Assembly (NCBI RefSeq): GCF_963853765.1
Contig: NC_088859.1
Span: forward strand, 34,596,001-34,660,000
Source of the DNA: Magallana gigas
Taxonomy: Eukaryota
Length of the DNA stretch: 64,000 nucleotides
Direction of reading: 5' to 3'
The translations under genes and the position numbers were made by a program. The notes under the pieces were generated by a model. It made no database searches. It saw nothing but the letters and a program-made list of their open reading frames with translations, and was not told where the DNA came from. Numbering within the stretch: position 1 is the stretch's first letter; each line of letters starts with the position of its first letter. Positions 59,407 to 64,000 of the stretch are shown piece after piece.

Positions 59407-60784
59407 GCTTTGTATAAAACTTGCTTTTGATGATAGTGTCACAAAATACACAATCTACTATTAATTTGATACATGCAGTGAATTTGAGAGGCCGTGACGG
59501 TGGTAAAGCTCGATTATAGGGAATTGTTATGTGTATTATATACCTTTTAACTCCACAAAGGGCATGTGTATGTTTATTTGAGAGCTATTGACCATCACTG
59601 CGCTGTAACATTTTGAATCTTCAGCTGCTATTAAACGATCTTTAACCAGGTTAAATGCTAGAAATCAATGGATTGCAGTGTTTCTATGGCGACAAAATAT
59701 GTAGTTGCAACAGAAGAAATAAACCCGTAAAAGGAAACCAAGCTTTCTTTGTACAGGCTTTATGGACACAATCACCCATTATTTGCAAGTCAACTAAAAA
59801 ACCCCACCGAAAAACTGGAATGTATATACACGTATACAATATCATAGATACAAAAAACCCCCAAAACAAAATGAATTTTGATTCAAATTTATCAGGTCTT
59901 TTGTTATAACATGCATGATTAAATGCAGTAACAATATTCTTCGACAAATTAGTGGAGAACCTTGTATACAACTGCTTCAACGCAGTCGCTGGATGTTCTA
60001 AATAAAAAACAATAACAGAGAAAAGTACAAATAAAGTTCATAACTAGTTCTTGTATTAATAGATAGTAAATAGAGAGTGTATACACTCTCTGCGTTTTTG
60101 ATTTAACAAGACAAACAATCACTATGATTTATTGATGTTCAATACAAGTTTAAACTTCCCAAAGCGAAACGTATAAAAGCACATTACACTGTGCTTTGTG
60201 TGTACACTGAAAATCAATGGCTCGGGTTTATATCAAATATTGATATCAAGTTTCAGTCGTTGCGAAATTTCCATTTTATGCTTCATACACAAAGATGAGT
60301 TAATTTTTAAAAGAAATGCAGGATATCACATAAAGATCTAGAAAATCCTATTATAAAATTTGAATCTGTTTTGCTAGTTGCATGCATGAGAGATCCTAGT
60401 ATGTGCATCGATTTCAGAATACTGTCATAGATCAATGGTAGGCATATTCTGGATAAATACTAAACAAATATTCAACAATAGAGGTAAAGGTTGCCGTAAG
60501 CTTTGCCATCTAGTCATCCTGATCATCTGTATTATAGTACAAAAAGATCTGTAGTGACGGGGGGACCATCGATGTATCCTAAAACTCACTGAAATGCAAA
60601 CAAAACCAAATAAACAATCAACAAACATCCTAACAAATTAATACCTTTTTCTGATAAACTATAAAACACGCAAGCTGTTGGTACCAGAAAATGAAACAAA
60701 TTTTAATATGACTATGTTTCATTATGACATACTTAGTACTTTGCATGTCATCACATTAAGTAACGAACCTACATTGTACAAGAA

Positions 60785-61510
60785 AGCTGCATGTCATCAC
60801 ATAAGGTAGCAAGCCTGTAAGTAAGCTACAAGTCATCATATTAGGTAGCAAGCCTACGAGTAAGCTACAAGTCATCATATTAGGTAGCAAGCCTACGAGT
60901 AAGCAACAAGTCATCATATTAGGTAGCAAGCCTACGAGTAAGCAACAAGTCATCATATTAGGTAGCAAGCCTACGAGTAAGCTACAAGTTATCATATTAG
61001 GTAGCAAGACTACCAGTAAGCTACAAGTCATCATATTAGGTAGCAAGCCTACATGTACAAGTAAGCTGCAAATCATCATACAGTGTATTAGGTAGCAACC
61101 CTGTAAGTAAGCTGCAAGTCATCATATTAGGAAGCAAGCCTATGAGTAAGCTACAAGTCATCATATTAGGTAGCAACTCTACAAGTAAGCTACAAATCAT
61201 CTTATTAGGAAGCAAGTCTACGAGTAAGCTACAAGTCATCATATTAGGTAGCAAGCCTACGAGTAAGCTCATCATATTAGGTAGCAACCCTGTAAGTAAG
61301 CTACAAGTCATCATATTAGGTAGCAAGACTACCAGTAAGCTGCAAATCATCATATTAGGTAGCAAGCCTGCGAGTAAGCTACAAATCATCATATTAGGTA
61401 GCAAGCCTACGAGTAAGCTACAAATCATCATATTAAGTAGCAAGCCTACAAGTAAGTTACAAGTCATTATATTAAGAAGGAAGCCTACAAGTGGGTTGAA
61501 AGTCATCATA
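60785..61510. repeat. 39-bp minisatellite, ~18-19 units
   Basis: Consensus GTAAGCTACAAGTCATCATATTAGGTAGCAAGCCTACGA. Confidence 0.93.
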
Positions 61511-63094
61511 GAACAATATAAATGATGTATCTATAAGCTTGGCGTTTTACAAATCATTTTGGAAGCCAATCTGCATACAAACTTTTACCCATGATCTTTT
61601 TTTTTTACAATATTTTAGTGTTTATGTGTAGTTTTAGGAAACGATCTTGTATATTTAGATTTAACCGCGATAGGCGATCGAGGGTTGTAGCGAATTTCCC
61701 GAGAATTATGAATGCGGGTCCCGAGATCTCACCAAAATTATTTAGATTTTTCGACAGCCCCATCTATCCCATACGGAAGGCCTTATTGACATTTTTTTCA
61801 TGAAATATGGAAGCAAAATGTATAAGTGTACCCTTAAGAAAAACAACAAAGAACAGATACATTTCTTTTAGGATAAATACAAAAGTTATAAAAAACGACA
61901 AGAATTTGAATTGGGTTCGTCATCTGTAAAGCACAAAGGGCTCTCAAGGTTCTACTCCAAGTACCATTTTGGAAAAAGGTCCCCTTTCGGAAAACGACAC
62001 CTTAAAAAAAACAATGTAAAAGAGAGTACATTATTTAAAAAATATTAACATCGTTATAAATATACAAATTCTACAATTTTTTTGCCAATTGCATTGCTAT
62101 TCATAAGACCTATATTAGATTGAGACAATAAAACTGCGAAAATAACGTATTCATGAACGTTAACTATGTACGTGTAATTCATTATAATTATTTTTTAAAG
62201 ACAAATGCGTGCCTAATTAAATTGAATGTCATTTTATATGATCGATACTCATTCAATAGGTCATACTAAATGTGTGCAGGAACTTAGCAAACAAAGAGAG
62301 ATAACTCCAATTTTGCACAGTATATGTAAGCTGGAGTAGCAAGCCAAAGCTTCCCCCCCCCCCCCCTTCCCGTTGGGTTACTTAGTATCAATTACTTTGA
62401 ATGTGTCATAATATATAGTAATATCTGAAATAATGGTTTTCTCTGATCTATCAAATTCGAGTTTGGCACAGTGGTCTCCCCTTCACTATTATTCGGAAGA
62501 GAAAATGCTCATATATTTATTTAAAAATTAATAAGGAAAATAAGCTTATATTCAAAACTTTAAGATACGATTTGTTGCCCTTTGTAACTGTGACCAAAAC
62601 TAAGATACGTTGAAAGGCAGACGGAATATAAAACAAAAGGAGAGATGGGTGTCTAAGGTATAAAAACGTGATAGAAATCATGAGAAAAAGGTACATGTCT
62701 TCTTTCTCAATAGATGAACAGCAATGGAAACATGACACTTATCAGTGTTTTTTGTCACACAATTAAAAAAAAAATTGATATTCTTTTCTTCTTTGTTGTT
62801 TGGTATGTTTTGCATCTGATTAGTGAAATTTGGTTTGTAAGAACAAATGTAGCCAACGTACTTTCGCATAGAAAAAAATATTCTAAAACCTTTAAGCTAC
62901 AATGTAGCATATTGATCTGCACCTTGCCATATCACAGGTAATATTTAGAGTACCTTTGAGCGAGCATCTTTTGATACCAGTCGACAGGCATGCACAGACC
63001 CAGAATTTTTTTCTAGGAGGTCAGATAAATACTTAAGTTTTTTTTGTTTTTTGTTTTCTTTTGTTTTGTTTTATTTTTTGCTTTATTTTTTTTT

Positions 63095-63998
63095 TGGGGG
63101 GGGGGGGGGCATATTTTCGGTAATCTTACTACGTAATTTAAGAAATTGGAATTTTCCCGAGGTGTCTGGAGCATCTCCCCGACCCCCTTCTAGACCCGTG
63201 TGTGTCAGGAATATATGCATTAGAAGTTTTTAATTTTTTTTTTTACAGTCAAGTAAATATTGTTTTATGAAGCAGTCTGGAAACTGAACGTTTACCTACA
63301 TTTGATGGGCGTTTCTAGTCGCACAATCTGATTAACGTTATCAAACGATAAAATCTCCTACGTGTACATACATGTAGTAAAAATTATGACGATGTTTTTG
63401 TCTCATTATGTCTGCACAAAATATCGCAAACAGCCATTCTGGGGTCCATTGTGGAAACTTTAAAATAGTTTTACATTGGTAGAGTGATTAGGATAGGCAT
63501 TTTTTTGCCCTATTGTAAAAAAATGGGTTTTCCGTTGCTTTAAATGTTTTGATAATAAGACATCGGGGCTTTCAGAAGATTAGAAGATCATGCTAGTAAA
63601 AGTGGAATACCATTGGTCGAATGAAAAAGGATGAATAAAACGCATTACTGTTAATCTCCAAATGACAGAGTATTTATGTCTGTTTATTCATTTATTAATT
63701 CAATTAAAAAAAGGAAACCGAAATTTTTTCACGGAGGTCAGACAAAGTTGTCTTTTTTTTTTTATTTTGGCGGGGGGGGGGGGGGGGGTGGGTGGGGGTC
63801 CGAGACATATTTTCGGTAATCTTACTATAAAAATTAAGAAATTGGAATTTTCCAGAGGTGTCAGAACCATCTTCCCGACAAAAGTACAGTACGTTTATAT
63901 TGTTTTATGAAGCTGTCTGGAAACTGTACGTTTACCTACATTTGATTGTTTCTAGTCGCACAATCTGATTAACGTTATCAATCGATAAAATCTCCTAC
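63095..63998. repeat. Diverged direct duplication (~63095-63360 and ~63770-63998)
   Basis: Both copies share CATATTTTCGGTAATCTTACTA and TTTCTAGTCGCACAATCTGATTAACGTTATCA...GATAAAATCTCCTAC. Confidence 0.85.
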
Positions 63999-64000
63999 AA

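Overview
AT-rich, intron- and MITE-rich eukaryotic DNA, most likely Pacific oyster (Magallana/Crassostrea gigas) or a close relative (inference from gene content and repeats). The main system is invisible in the ORF track because it uses UGA as selenocysteine (Sec, U): two tandem selenoprotein P (SELENOP) genes on the + strand. Copy 1 (CDS 11248-14236, 3 coding exons, 625 aa) has 46 in-frame UGA, ends at UAG and has two SECIS elements; from memory this matches the 46-UGA SelenoP published for Pacific oyster. Copy 2 (CDS 34343-36749, 368 aa) has 11 UGA. In copy 2 the codon aligned to UGA2 of copy 1 is UAA, the old Sec-rich tail decays as a fossil in the 3' UTR, and a new Sec tail was built from five ~84-bp repeats, each with U-x4-U and an R-U-R-R furin-like site. 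SECIS1 of both copies sits inside a longer hairpin with a second AUGA/UGA quartet. Other genes: a fucolectin(FTP)+EGF-repeat MEGF10-like gene between the paralogs, a Cys-type GPx7-like gene (- strand) with an unresolved exon 1/2 junction, and a GT31 beta-1,3-galactosyltransferase. The rest is MITEs, HINE-like elements, one SINE, one LINE fragment and satellites. All counts and pairings were done by hand.
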